This document shows, in pieces, positions 23,801 to 35,520 of a stretch of DNA of 64,000 nucleotides. Where the stretch lies: positions 129,539,062 through 129,603,061 of the forward strand of contig NC_068982.1 in assembly GCF_001194135.2 (NCBI RefSeq). Direction: 5' to 3'. Made by a program: the position numbers and the translations under genes. How positions within the stretch are numbered: position 1 is the first letter of the stretch; each line of letters opens with the position of its first letter. Source of the stretch: Octopus bimaculoides. Lineage: Eukaryota. The notes below the pieces were generated by a model. That model made no database searches. It saw nothing but the letters and a program-made list of their open reading frames with translations, and was not told the DNA's origin.

Positions 23801-25841
23801 CAATTTTCACCATTGTAAGGCCAAATGGAAGTAACAAAATCTGAATATTTTTGTTTCTATATTTAATGCTTCACCTTTCAAGGTTATTACAAGGACAGAA
23901 ATAATTTGGTTAAGTTCAGCATTTGAAGAAGATTGGATTAGAACAATCCAAAATGGCAGAGATACAGGACATCTCGGAAAGATGAAAGTCTCCTCAACAG
24001 GGAAAACACAGTAAAGAAGATGACGATAGTTAGAAATGTTTGGGAGAGAAGCTACAGATAATATCAGAAGGATGAGGAACAGAGTAGATTATATATAGTC
24101 ACAGAAACCATTTTGTGCAAAGAGTACAACATTCAATGATGATGATGATGATGATGAGTACAATTAAGACACAGAATATGAGGTTTACTAGTTAACAGGT
24201 GAGGGATTAAGTCAGATAGGGAGGGAAAAAATTCCTTGCATGTTTTTATATTAATGTTGGAAAATTATTATATCAATGTAGTTTTACCTCTATAAAAATC
24301 TTGCCCTTTATAAATCCCTGATAATCCACCAATACGGACACCACCAAACTGAACAATAGAAGCATAACCTATAACAGAAAACAAAACCACTGCATGACAA
24401 ATTAAGTTATCTTTACACTCTTCAGCCATTTTATCTAGTTCAGTATTGTCAAACAGTTACTGAATATTTAAGTAAAAAAATAACCCTGAAATATAATCAT
24501 ATGAAGCCCAGACAAAGAGACATGAGAACTTTCACACACACACACATGATGGACTTTTAGTTCGTACCTACCAAATTCACTCACAAGGCTTTTGGTTGGC
24601 TCAAGGCTATTGTAGAAAACACTTACCCAAGGTGCTGCACGGTGGGACTGAACTTGAGACCATGTGGTTGGGAGATGAACTTCACCACATGGCTATACCT
24701 TTTCATTTTAGTGAACAATTCCTAGCCATGACTTTCTGGTGGAAAGTATAGAGAGTAATTGCCAAGAGACTATGTGTAGTTAGAATCATGTAGAAGCTAT
24801 TGTGACTAAAGTGGTAATTTTTCATTCACAGAACATATTAAGTTATAAATATTTTTTGAATTTATCACTTCATCTTGAATGTGCCCATGCATACATGCAG
24901 AAGTATTATGTTATGTTGACTAACACTTCAACTTATATGATTCATTACTGCATGTCAGAGTGTGCAGCCAGGCAGAGGTAAGTACAAATATCTGTAGGTT
25001 GTGTTTAGTCATTTGGCCAACTGTCTTTCATGCCACAGATCTGCTTGATCACAGCTGACCTGGCACTACACAACACCACAAACAAATTGAAAGAGTTGAA
25101 AATAAAAACAAATTTGATATCAAAATATAAACAATAACTGGTAATAGTTTCTTTAGTAATAACATGACTGATTGAATCATTAACTTACCGAGATAATAAA
25201 TATTTGGAGCCAACCAGCCACCATAAGGTAATTCTTGCATGTAATTGGAGGCTTCATGATTCCCTCCAATGATAATTGTGAGAACTGGAGCAACTTTTTC
25301 CCCGTTATAATACCTAGAGAAAGAGTATTAACATCAATAATTCACAATCCAAAATGGCTAACTGTTTTTAAATTGAAGACTAGGAAGCAAAACTTGATGC
25401 AAATTTTAAGAAAAGTATTTCTAATGATGTACTCAGTATCATAATTCTAGAAAGTAAGTAAAACTATTGGTAAATATTTCTCAACGTTTTTTTTTTTTNN
25501 NNNNNNNNTTTTTTTTTTTTTAGTTGCAATTAAAAAAATATGATATACTTATTAACTTAAGAGTGCTTATATTCAATGTAAATTTTTATGTCCTCAGAAA
25601 AATCTAATGATTAGTATTTTAAAACAACAAAAATAAGTACATACTTATAAAATGAATTCATTTTTTGAAATTTCTTTGGTACAGCCATACATTTCATATC
25701 ACTTTCATATCTGACAGCTTGAAAATCACCACAAATTAAGAGTAGGTCAACCTTGATGTTTTCTTTCTTTTCAATATGCTGAATAGTTTCATAAATTTTG
25801 TCCAGCTCCCCATGAGCACAACCCTCAACAGCAATCTTCAT
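17324..25841 (-). CDS. DBR1: Lariat debranching enzyme, complete CDS: complement join(25645-25841,25189-25313,24288-24368,23226-23311,22813-23037,19075-19152,18408-18544,17324-17855), 1461 nt, 486 aa
   Basis: All introns GT-AG and in frame. Metallophosphoesterase motifs GCAHG, GDFQ, GNHE, SHDW, AHLH; [11 protein letters not shown]; LDPEWLAVL; C-terminal KKFKRRN NLS-like motif as in human DBR1. Confidence 0.97.
17977..18366 (+). mobile_element. Full-length tRNA-derived SINE with (AAC)n tail and 13-bp TSD, in DBR1 intron 7
   Basis: Head ggcgcaatggcccagtggttagggcag..gattccc (A/B-box-like); TSD aattcaacattcc at 17964-17976 and 18367-18379. Confidence 0.9.
18408..18544 (-). CDS. DBR1: DBR1 coding exon 7 ([29 protein letters not shown]...GTDER)
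   Basis: cttttcaacttcag acceptor, CG|gtataa donor, 137 nt. Confidence 0.95.
18724..19064 (+). mobile_element. tRNA-derived CORE-like SINE (family B); other copies about 26097-26476(+), 44366-44760(+), 54648-55003(+), 26760-26930(-), 24545-24710(-)
   Basis: Head ggagtggctgtgtggtaagtagc..ggttcagtcc; CORE-like gcaccttgggcaagtg; tail gactgaaacaagtaaaaga; internal (TA)/(TG) microsatellite. Confidence 0.85.
19075..19152 (-). CDS. DBR1: DBR1 coding exon 6 ([26 protein letters not shown])
   Basis: atttctag acceptor, CAG|gtaatt donor, 78 nt. Confidence 0.95.
19540..19742 (-). mobile_element. tRNA-derived SINE (family C); other copies about 27812-28022(-), 38845-39060(-), 41800-42015(-), 49410-49640(+)
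   Basis: Shared ttctgagttcaaattccgccgaggtcgactttgcctttcatcctttcgggg..cagttgcatactgggg. Confidence 0.8.
20272..21446 (+). mobile_element. 5'-truncated RTE-clade LINE spanning an assembly gap (RT C-terminus + 3'UTR), in DBR1 intron 5
   Basis: Open frame FVCGRC...[23 protein letters not shown]...[17 protein letters not shown]...[22 protein letters not shown] up to the N gap; after the gap, the (GAT)n-tailed 3' repeat. Confidence 0.9.
20578..21227. other. Assembly gap (650 N); other gaps 25499-25508, 32319-32729, 39331-39708
   Basis: N runs in the sequence. Confidence 1.
22813..23037 (-). CDS. DBR1: DBR1 coding exon 5 ([16 protein letters not shown]...[18 protein letters not shown])
   Basis: ctatttacag acceptor, AGG|gtaaat donor, 225 nt. 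Confidence 0.97.
23226..23311 (-). CDS. DBR1: DBR1 coding exon 4 ([29 protein letters not shown]; lariat recognition loop region)
   Basis: catattgtag acceptor, CAG|gtaatt donor, 86 nt. Confidence 0.96.
24288..24368 (-). CDS. DBR1: DBR1 coding exon 3 ([27 protein letters not shown])
   Basis: tttctgttatag acceptor, G|gtaaaa donor, 81 nt. Confidence 0.96.
25189..25313 (-). CDS. DBR1: DBR1 coding exon 2 ([41 protein letters not shown])
   Basis: ctttctctag acceptor, G|gtaagt donor, 125 nt. Confidence 0.97.
25645..25841 (-). CDS. DBR1: DBR1 coding exon 1 ([14 protein letters not shown]...GDFQAVR...FYK); exon begins at 25859 after a ttttcag acceptor, so an upstream 5'UTR exon exists
   Basis: ORF 25611-25841; AA|gtatgt donor. 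Confidence 0.97.
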
Positions 25842-26477
25842 TTTTATGTCAGACCAAAGCTGAAAAAGAAAATGAAAAGATTGTTATATTCATAACAACT
25901 TTTATCTTTTATTTGTTTCAGTCACTAGGCTGTGGCCATGCTGGAGCACTACCTTGAAGAATTTTAGTTGAGCGAATTGACTCCAGCACTTAGGTTTTTA
26001 ATTTACTGAACCACTAATTTATAGGGACATAAACACACCAACACTGGTCGTCAAGAGGGGGGGAACAAACACAGACACAAAAACATGTGTATATATAGGC
26101 GTAGGAGTGGCTGTATGGTAAGTAGCTTGCTTACCAACCACATGGTTCTGGGTTCAGTCCCACTGCGTGGCACTTTGGGCAAGTGTCTTATACTATAGCC
26201 TCAGGTCGACCAAAGTCTTGTGAGTGGATTTGGTAGACGGAAACTGATAGAAGCCCGTCGTATATATATATGTGTGTGTGTGTTTGCCCCCCAACATCGC
26301 TTGGCAACCGATGGTGGTGTGTTTCCGTCCCCGTAACTTAGCGGTTCGGCAAAAGAGACCGATAGAATAAGTACTAGGCTTCCAAAGAATAAGTCCTGGA
26401 ATCGATTTGCTTGACTAAAGGCGGTGCTCCAGCATGGCCACAGTCAAATGACTGAAACAAGTAAAAGAGTAAAGAGT

Positions 26478-26755
26478 ATCATCGTTTAACGTCTGCCTTC
26501 CATGCTAGCTTGGGTTGGACGATTTGACTGAGAACTGGCGAAATAGAAGGCTGCACCAGACTCCAATCTGATCTGGCAGAGTTTCTACAGCTGGATGCTC
26601 TTCCTAACGCCAACCACTCCAAGAGTGTAGTGGGTGCTTTTACATACCACCGGCACGAGTGCCAGTCAGGCGGTACTGGCAACAGCCATGCTCAAAATGG
26701 TGTTTTTTACGTGCCACCTGCACAGGAGCCAGTCCAATGGCACTGGCAACGACCT
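26478..26755 (-). mobile_element. RTE 3'-end copy
   Basis: Same family as 1455-1798. Confidence 0.8.
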
Positions 26756-29358
26756 CAGCACAATAGGCTTCTTTCAACCTCCAGCTAGCACCAAATCCAC
26801 TCACAAGGCTTTGGTCAACCCAACTCTATAGCAGAAGACACTTGCCCAAGGTGCCATGCATTGGGATTGAACCTGGAACCATGTGGTTGGGAAGCAAGTT
26901 TCTTACCAAACAGCCATGCCTGTGCCTATAACTGATATTTCTTTTCTATAACAGAAATTTTTGTTTCATTTCTTTGAGAGGATACATTCAAATAGTTTTC
27001 TTTTTGCTTGCACCAGTGACATAGGCAGAAAGCTAACAGAGCAATTAGACCGGAGTCTTTTGGATACAGATATAGTTTAAGATAGATGGCAGAAGAACTA
27101 TCAACTAACTCCACAATAATTGTGTGAAAAATTCGTGTGTCTTGTGTTGATAAGAAAGAGAGAAAACTAAGGTTGGATTTTCTTTGAGACTGATTTAATT
27201 GTGAATAAAATAATCAATAAAAAGCTAAGAAACCAGAAGGTGCATGGTCTAGTGATTAGGGTGTTGGCACTCGTGATTAGGGTGTTGGCACTCGTGATCA
27301 AGAGATCATAGTTTTGGCTGCCAGACCAGCTGTGCATTATGTTCTTAAGCAAAACACTTCATTTCATCTTGCTTCAGTCCACTCAGCTGTAAATGGGTAA
27401 CCTTGTGATGAATTGGTGTACAAAGGTGAGATGGTGACTCAAGAAAATCACCTGAATGGCGGTCTTGTGAGCCATCTTTTTCTGAATCTGTGATTAAAAG
27501 GGTGAATAGTACCTGTACTGTGAATCCTGGCTGGTTGAGATTGGTTGTTCAACTACGTTGAAGGAGAACGATAAGTTTCCTGTATTGCCAACTAATTCAG
27601 AAAATACAGGCATGGCCATGTGGTTAAGAAATTTGCATTGCAACCATGTGGTTCTGGCTTTGATCCCATGACAGCATCTTTTATGGTAGCTTTAAATTCT
27701 GTGAGTGGAATTTGGTAGCTGGAAACTGTGCAGAATCATGTGTGTATGTATGTGTGTGTTTGTGTGAATATACATATACACACACATATACATTTATATA
27801 TATATATATACTTTTCTACTCTAGGCACGAGACCCAAAATTTTGGGAGAGGGGGCCAGTTGATTAGATCAACCCAGTATGCAACTTGTACTTAATCTATT
27901 GACCCTGAAAGGATAAAAGGCAAAGTCGACGTCGGTGGAATTTGAACTCAGAACATAAAGACAGATGAAATACCGCTAAGCATTTTGCCCGGCATGCTAG
28001 CGATTCTGTTAGCTTGCTGCCTTACATACATACACACATATATATATATTAGTCCCACCCATGCTAGCATGGAAGGCGGATGTTAAAAGAACCTGGAACC
28101 ATGTGGTTGGTAAGCAAGCTACTTACCACACAGCCACTCCTGCACCTATATATATATATATAGACAGCTATGCTACATGGTAGAACATAGGACCCTTTAT
28201 TTTTCAGAGCCTCTGAAACTGGTGGGAGAAAAGGAGGAAGATATTCTTAAATCAGGCCCAAATGTTTGCATCTGAGTGAACTCTTAGTAATGATACTGCA
28301 GGATCAGATGGTGGTGTTAAACTGGGCAATGGATCAAGTCTATAAACCAAAACCTCAGAATGCAAAGGGCTCAAACAAACACCACAAGACATCTTGTTCT
28401 ATGCACTAACAATTCTGTTAATTCCCACAACTTCAGGCTGGTTTTATTTTATCAATTCTGAATGGATGAAACGTAAAGTTAACTTTAGCGAGATTTGAAA
28501 TCTCCCTAAAAAGCTGAAGCAAATGATTCACATGGTGAAAGAGGAAACATGTTACCTAAAAAATACCAACAAACTTCAACAGAACAAGCTACATTTAGTC
28601 AAAATATATTTTGAATAAACTAGCCGCCTTACTTTAATACTGATATCGTCTTGTTATTAAACACAGTATAGTCATAAGAGATATCTTCAGATGAATGCCA
28701 CAGTTAATTTGGCCTTTTGTATTTGCATTCACTATGATGCACTGGTGGTTATTTTATAGTGTACATGAAGGGGAATTTAAAAAAAATCATTGAATGTAAT
28801 TTGGGAAGGAATAATCAGACTAATAAGCAGAATTAGTAGCAAATAATTATACTAATTATATAAGAGAAGCTACACAAATAAGACTAATAACTGATGAGAG
28901 AATGTATTACTTTTATATATATATATATATATTGTTTTGTAAAAATTACTACAAAATAAACACTGTGTGAACATGACAGTTTTCAGAAAAGAGAAAACAG
29001 CATTTCTAATTCACAAAACAAAATGAGATGGTAAAACAGGTGATGCAAGGGAAAATATGTGCTGATGTGTGGTTAATCAGGTTAATTAAATTCATATATG
29101 GAGCTTAATTAAAACAGAATAAATAGGATTTAGGACACTAATTTCTGTTTTTTCTTACTTGTATTTTTGTATTGTAATTCCTAACGACAGAATTCAAGAC
29201 AATTCTTATGATAATTTCTATTAACAGTAAACTGGTTCTAACTGCAAAATGATAGCTAAGTGTATTAGTTCATTAGAATTTATGGCATAGTAAATCAACA
29301 AATTTACTGAGGACTTTATTCTATCTTTTCTAGGTAGCATGAGGTAGATCAAACTTAC

Positions 29359-29445
29359 TCGGGTTTATAACATGTTGGATCATATATTTAGAGAACGTAC
29401 ATAACCATTGTAGATGGATCTTGCCACACTACACATTGTCTCAGA
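29359..29445 (-). other. Candidate internal 5'UTR exon of DBR1 containing upstream ATGs
   Basis: tttattttttacaag acceptor and CGA|gtaagt donor on -, lying between the CpG-richer region and DBR1 coding exon 1, which itself has an acceptor. Confidence 0.5.
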
Positions 29446-29949
29446 CTTGTAAAAAATAAAAATAACAGTAAAAATTTGAAGCCAAGTAGAGCAAGGTCAA
29501 TGACTGCGTGAGTAAACAGTTACCATTTCCACATCTTGTAAGCACAGTGCTTACATGTTGTAGGTTCCAGTTCAACTTGTTGCTTGCTAATTTTCTTTTG
29601 TTTGATTGTGCTAGCTGGTCGTTTTATTGAATTGCTAGATAAAATTCTTTAGAAGTTATTAAAAAGAATGATATAGACTATAGACTGAAAAAAAAAAAAA
29701 AGCTTCGAAACGGTTAGGTGGCCAAAAAATAATTTTGCCCATCTTAAGGAATGACAAATGTCACAAATAGCATTACGAATCATCTTCTAAAGATGTGTGT
29801 GGTGTGTGAGAGAGAGAGAGAGAGTGTGTGTGTGTGTGTGTGTGTGTGAACATGGTCTTCCCCTCTTATAACAAATTTTTGTGAAAAATGATCCAAAGTT
29901 GCATATGTTTGAGCATTACTTTCAAAAATAAATCTTTTAACCAAGTAAA

Positions 29950-31700
29950 CAACGGAAACCAAAATTTGGTTAACACGACCTTAGAATCGTTTACCACTTT
30001 AGCATCAGTCTTCAGTTTGCCTAAAATATTTCGTTGCCAAAATGAACAGTGCACTTAGTTACTTTAAATATTTAGAACAACTTGAAAAAAATCGACGATG
30101 ATAGTTCCTTCCTCTTATTTACGATTCAAATAAGCGCGTTTGTCTTGACAATTTTTAAGCAAGCTTGCCGAGGTATCAAAAACAAAGTTCTCACTTGCAA
30201 CTTTCGCTCCAGACTTTTCAGAATGTTAACTTTGAATATCGAAATGCTAAGATTAAACACCTTAATATTTACGTTTCTTTTTAGATAAGAATATTACCTA
30301 AAACGTGTTAATGTCTCCGGATTCGGTAAATTTTTACCACCTCACCCCTACGCACGTGTTAATAGTTGAACATCATTGGATGTATGTCTTTATATATTGA
30401 TTATTAAACAAAACGGTAAAAATTTACCAACAAAACTGACCCAAAACGATTGCATGTGACCCACGAGCCAACGTAAGAGCTTATATGTGTTCGCTCGACC
30501 TGCAATATACAACAAAATCTATCAAATTATAGTTACCGTCTTCAAAGAGGGGAAAAATTAATGCTTCTGGATACACTGTGCATGAGAAAGGGGGCAGGAT
30601 GATCACAGCTGAAACGCTTCCGCTCATAAGTTTGCAGGATTAGAGCTTTTCTTGAGTTAATTAACAACGAAGATTTAAGAGAACTTGTTATATCAACACA
30701 TTCGAGAACAAAATATTATCAAATAGTCTATAAAGCAGTCCCTACACACAGTATCTCATGTTTTAAAATTCGAAATGTCTGTTTACTGTTTAAAATTTTA
30801 AGGTAAATGAAGAAATTGAAATAGTATAAAAGAAGAGGAGAAAATAAAAGAAGAGATTGTTTGTAGATAGGCAATATTAGCAGTGGAATTATATATAGAA
30901 AAATATGACCCATTCTATGGCAAAGGAGAAACATTTAGCACACGGATGAAACAAAAACAGTGATATTTCATGTAATCGATTAATTTCATAATTAATAATA
31001 AAGTTTAAAATTAAAAACATTGATGCGACTTACGATGTGAAATGTGATAAAACTATGCAAGCAGAGCTAGCATACTGGTTTACGAAACTAAGGTTTTAGC
31101 TTTGTAAGAAACCAAATAAATTTACGAAAATGTTTCGTCTTTGCGACGAACACGTAGAGAGGAATCGAGCCAACGACAGAGCTTCTACAGCTACGTGGGC
31201 GATCAGCCTCGTAGAAATAGCCGCCAATTTATACTAGTTTTAAAAAAAACCACACGTCAGGATAATCTTTCTTTAAGGATATATATAAATGCTGGGTTGA
31301 AAAATGAAGTCAGGAATGTACAAAAATAAACTTGGCTATCCTGGGTAAACGAAACGAATAATTTACTTTAACGTAAACAACTGGAATGCTTTTAATCATG
31401 GTATGACTGGGCAAGAATAATATCGCTGCTTCTATTTCATATTCGCTTTTGGTCATGTCTGTTCGCTCAGCGATTGCCTGAGGCTTAACAATAATGTAGA
31501 GAATTGATCAGGGCGATCCTTCGGTATTGGTATACAGAGTGTCGGTGTGAGAAGACGTCATTCACTCTCTTTTACAGCCTAGTCTCTTTAACTATGTCAT
31601 GATGTCATGAGGGAAAGATGTTAGGGTGAATGCTATTGTTTACCAATACCGAAAGATTGTCGGCTAGATCTGAAATTGACAAGAAGCGCCAAATCTGAAA
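29950..31700. promoter_or_regulatory. CpG-enriched, repeat-poor segment: likely promoter/first exon region of DBR1 (possibly bidirectional)
   Basis: Visibly higher CpG density than the flanks; E-box CACGTG near 30353; several minus-strand donor candidates (CAA|gtgaga near 30192, AG|gtaata near 30297). Confidence 0.45.
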
Positions 31701-32924
31701 GTAAATTTTCAGAGTAACACCCGCACGATTTTCACTAAGAAAAATCAAAAACTCCGATTTTTTGCGTGGAATCAAGTACCCTGACCTAATATGCTGCAAA
31801 TCCCTTATTTTGGTTCAGAAAGGATGGGGGTGCGAAGAGGGAGACTCTCCCGTCCCGGATTCATTGGAAATTGGGCACTATCATGCTATTAGCTGTCAGA
31901 AGTGAACGTGCTCACTGCCTGCTAGTGAAGTATCTGTTTGTCTGCCTGTCTGCCTGCTGGCCTGTCGATTCTTTGTCTACTGACAGCTAATACCATGACT
32001 GGCCGGAGCGAGCTATATGTCTGTCTGTCTCTCTCTCTATCTATCTATCACTCGAAAGTTCGCGCGTCCGCGCTAGCTAGTCGTGAGTAGAAACCCAAAT
32101 TTAATATAAAAACATATTTCCTGAAATTGCAAATTATTTAAAATATAAAAATATAATTTTCAACAGAGAGAATTTATCAAAATAGAAAACAAATGAAGTT
32201 TGAAGTTTAAAAATAATAGGATCGACCACTCACGACTAGCTAGCGCGGACGCGAGTACCCTTATACTCTGTGTTTTCAAACGCATGGATATAGGTGTCAA
32301 ATTTGTTCCAATAACTTTNNNNNNNNNNNNNNNNNNNNNNNNNNNNNNNNNNNNNNNNNNNNNNNNNNNNNNNNNNNNNNNNNNNNNNNNNNNNNNNNNN
32401 NNNNNNNNNNNNNNNNNNNNNNNNNNNNNNNNNNNNNNNNNNNNNNNNNNNNNNNNNNNNNNNNNNNNNNNNNNNNNNNNNNNNNNNNNNNNNNNNNNNN
32501 NNNNNNNNNNNNNNNNNNNNNNNNNNNNNNNNNNNNNNNNNNNNNNNNNNNNNNNNNNNNNNNNNNNNNNNNNNNNNNNNNNNNNNNNNNNNNNNNNNNN
32601 NNNNNNNNNNNNNNNNNNNNNNNNNNNNNNNNNNNNNNNNNNNNNNNNNNNNNNNNNNNNNNNNNNNNNNNNNNNNNNNNNNNNNNNNNNNNNNNNNNNN
32701 NNNNNNNNNNNNNNNNNNNNNNNNNNNNNATTAGGGTTTTGTAGCATATTAGGATGTCACAGGAATTCATTCAACGAAAAAAATAAAATTTCCAATGATT
32801 CTGAGACGGGGGGGGGGACTTTCGCCCCTCCCTTTCCGAACTAAAGTCAGTGATTTGCTGCATATTAGGAGGTCAGGGTACTTGATTCCATGCAAAAAAT
32901 CCGAGTTTTGCTCTGAAAATTTAC
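31701..32924. mobile_element. Foldback/MITE-like element with long imperfect terminal inverted repeats and two internal hairpins; interrupted by a gap
   Basis: 31701-31872 is the inverse complement of 32787-32924; internal IRs 31881-31899/31980-31998 and 32063-32088/32228-32253. Confidence 0.7.
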
Positions 32925-33202
32925 CCTGAAATTTAACATGGACTTATACAAAACCAGTTACTTTCCTATTATCGACAGCCAATTTTTTTTTTTTTTTTTT
33001 ACTAAAGGATTAGTAAATAAACTATTACACTCAAAAAATGAATGTAATAGTTGATCAATGGACTTTTGGAATAGCTATCTCTGTCTCATGGAAACGAAAA
33101 AGGGCAAGGAACTGGGTGATTGTTTAATATGTTATTTACTAATACTTTAGTAAATAAATAAAAATTGGTTTGTACCTTAAAATAAAGTTTAAAAATTATA
33201 AT

Positions 33203-33530
33203 CATGTGCCGGTGGCACATGTAAAGACATTCGACCGAGTTCGTTGCCAGTGCCGCCGGACTGGCTCCTGTGCAGGTGGCACGTAAAATACACCATTTTG
33301 AGCGTGACCGTTGCCAGTACCACCTGACTGGCCTTTGTGCTGGTGGCATATAAAAGCACCCACTACACTCTCAGAGTGGTTGGCGTTAGGAAGGGCATCC
33401 AGCTGTAGAAACTCTGCCAAATCAGATTGGAGCCTGGTGTAACCATCTGGTTCACCAGTCCTCAGTCAAATCGTCCAACCCATGCTGGCATGGAAAGCGG
33501 ACATTAAACAATAATGATGATGATGATGAT
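33203..33530 (+). mobile_element. RTE 3'-end copy; another at about 33965-34170 (+)
   Basis: Family sequence with (GAT)n tail. Confidence 0.85.
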
Positions 33531-34962
33531 TTTGAGATTGCTGGTGTTCATGCTCTGAGAAAGGCATGAACATCACATAATTTCGTTTTCATTCATCTCC
33601 AAATCAGAGACACTTAAATAAGAGCAATATTTTTCTTTCAGTTGTGGCAAACACTCATGATGATCCAAGTTTGCAATGTGCACCAGATTCTCTAACATCT
33701 TTTCTCTTTGCTTTTGCCGTCAGTGTTTTAGAGAAAGGTATGAACGTCACAACTTCTTATTCTCCTATATGAGGCTTGTTGGGATTTAGTGTGGAAGCTA
33801 ATGTTTTGCTTTATTACTACTACAATCCATGGGTGCTGGATCAACAGGAAATCATAGTTTTTGTCATAATGCTGAGTTTGAATTCACCTGCAGCCAAAGC
33901 TGCCTACAACAGATCAATATTTTATCAACAGAGATATTTATCTCTCATCCACAAACTATTATGGAGCTGTCCGCCTGACTGGCCCTCGTGTTGGTGGCAC
34001 GTAAAACACCCACTACACTCTGAGTGGTTGGCATTAGGAAGGGCATCTAGCTGTAGAAACTCTGCCAAATCAGATTGGAGCCTGGTGTCACCTCCTGGTC
34101 CACCAGCCCTCAGTCAAATTGTCCAACCCATGCTAGCATGGAAAGCAGACGTTAAACGATGATGATGATAATGAGGAGGAGGACCAGTTCTACATTCTCA
34201 GCTGACTCTGACTCAGTTTCCATTATCAATTTCTGTTTTACTTCCATTAAGCAGTGTTGAATTTCATCTCAGTACTGCAAGTTAATGAAACATTTGTCCA
34301 TAGCTCTCACTGGTTGCTTCTTATGATTTTAGTGGAATAATCATTTACTGATAAGGTTCAGTAAACTAAAAACAGTGACGTCCCTTCGATCTCTCTTTTA
34401 CTGAATCTTTTGCTAAAATCTTTGGATATACTCTGTAGTAAACTTTTGTATGAAAATTAACCACTGCTAGCATGCCGGTAATTTATATGGAGGAAATTAT
34501 AGCTATAACTTGATACTTGACTATTTAACTTTTAAATATCTCACATGAGCCAGTTTCTCTTTCATCTTGCAAGTGTTACATCTCACCTTTTATAAATCTG
34601 GTCTCGTGTAGAAGCAAAAAAACGTTTAATTTCAATCCATTGAAAAGATATTTAGAATATGATAGAGACAGAATTAATGGGCTTTTTTGGTTGCTAAACA
34701 AAGACTGCAAGAGGCTAGATGATAGTCTCCTAGTTGAGGTGGGTAGAAGCAAAATTTCAAGTTGATTCCAATTTTGCACAGCGTTACTACAGAATCATAT
34801 GCATAAAATATTTCCAAGTTATATGAGACCAGCCAGTTATGTCAAGAAGAGATCATTATAGTAACAATACAAAAAACCAAAATAGGAAGAAGCATGTCTG
34901 TGGACTGAAGACTGGAATGTATCTGTATGTGACTTTGTACCTTTCTATGGATGTGGTCTAGC

Positions 34963-34966
<4 letters not shown>

Positions 34967-35032
<66 letters not shown>
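34967..35032. repeat. (GT)n(GA)n compound microsatellite
   Basis: Direct reading. Confidence 0.95.
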
Positions 35033-35036
<4 letters not shown>

Positions 35037-35039
35037 AGC

Positions 35040-35520
35040 TCCCAGATGTAGGAGCTATACTCCTTTATGCATCTAACCTGAGCTTTGTAGGATATCTGCA
35101 GTTGTTGGGGACTTAAGTATTTCCTAGCTCTGAAGAGAAGAGCCAGTTGTTGAGATTTCCTAGCTTTATTAAAGATATGCTTTCACCAGTAGAGATCTTT
35201 GGAAATAGTGAGGCCTAGCATTTGGAATAAACATAAGGGCTCTAGTTCTATTATACTTGTGTTTAGAGGGTTGAGGTTCAATATTTGGAGGATGCTTTCA
35301 AGGTGTCTTTTTATGTAGTAAGTGCATGTTTGACATGTGGTATTAGGCTTGCATGTGGATGACGCATGGTTGGAAATATTAGGGAAGAATAAAGGGTAGT
35401 ATCATCTGCAGAAGAGTGAACAATGTTGTATGTGACAACAAGGTCATTTATAGATAGAAAGAAGATAGCATGAGAGAAAACAAAATTCTGGTGAATATTT
35501 TAACTTACTCCACTACAGAG
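35040..35520 (-). mobile_element. Degenerate non-LTR reverse transcriptase fragment (Jockey/CR1/L2-like)
   Basis: Minus strand LSINDL..VHSSADDTTLY corresponds to the YADD catalytic region. Confidence 0.65.

Noticed and set aside
27253-27298. Direct 21-bp repeat gtgattagggtgttggcactc, two copies
   Set aside because: Simple duplication in a SINE head; only two units and no spacers, so not CRISPR-like.
31128-31232. Minus frame resembling a mitochondrial targeting peptide (AAISTRLIAHVAVEALSLARFLSTCSSQRRNIF)
   Set aside because: Starts at TTG, not ATG; no supported downstream exon.
31190-31530. GGCGATC motifs reminiscent of the 7SK 5' stem
   Set aside because: No paired GATC hairpin or Pol III terminator layout could be built.
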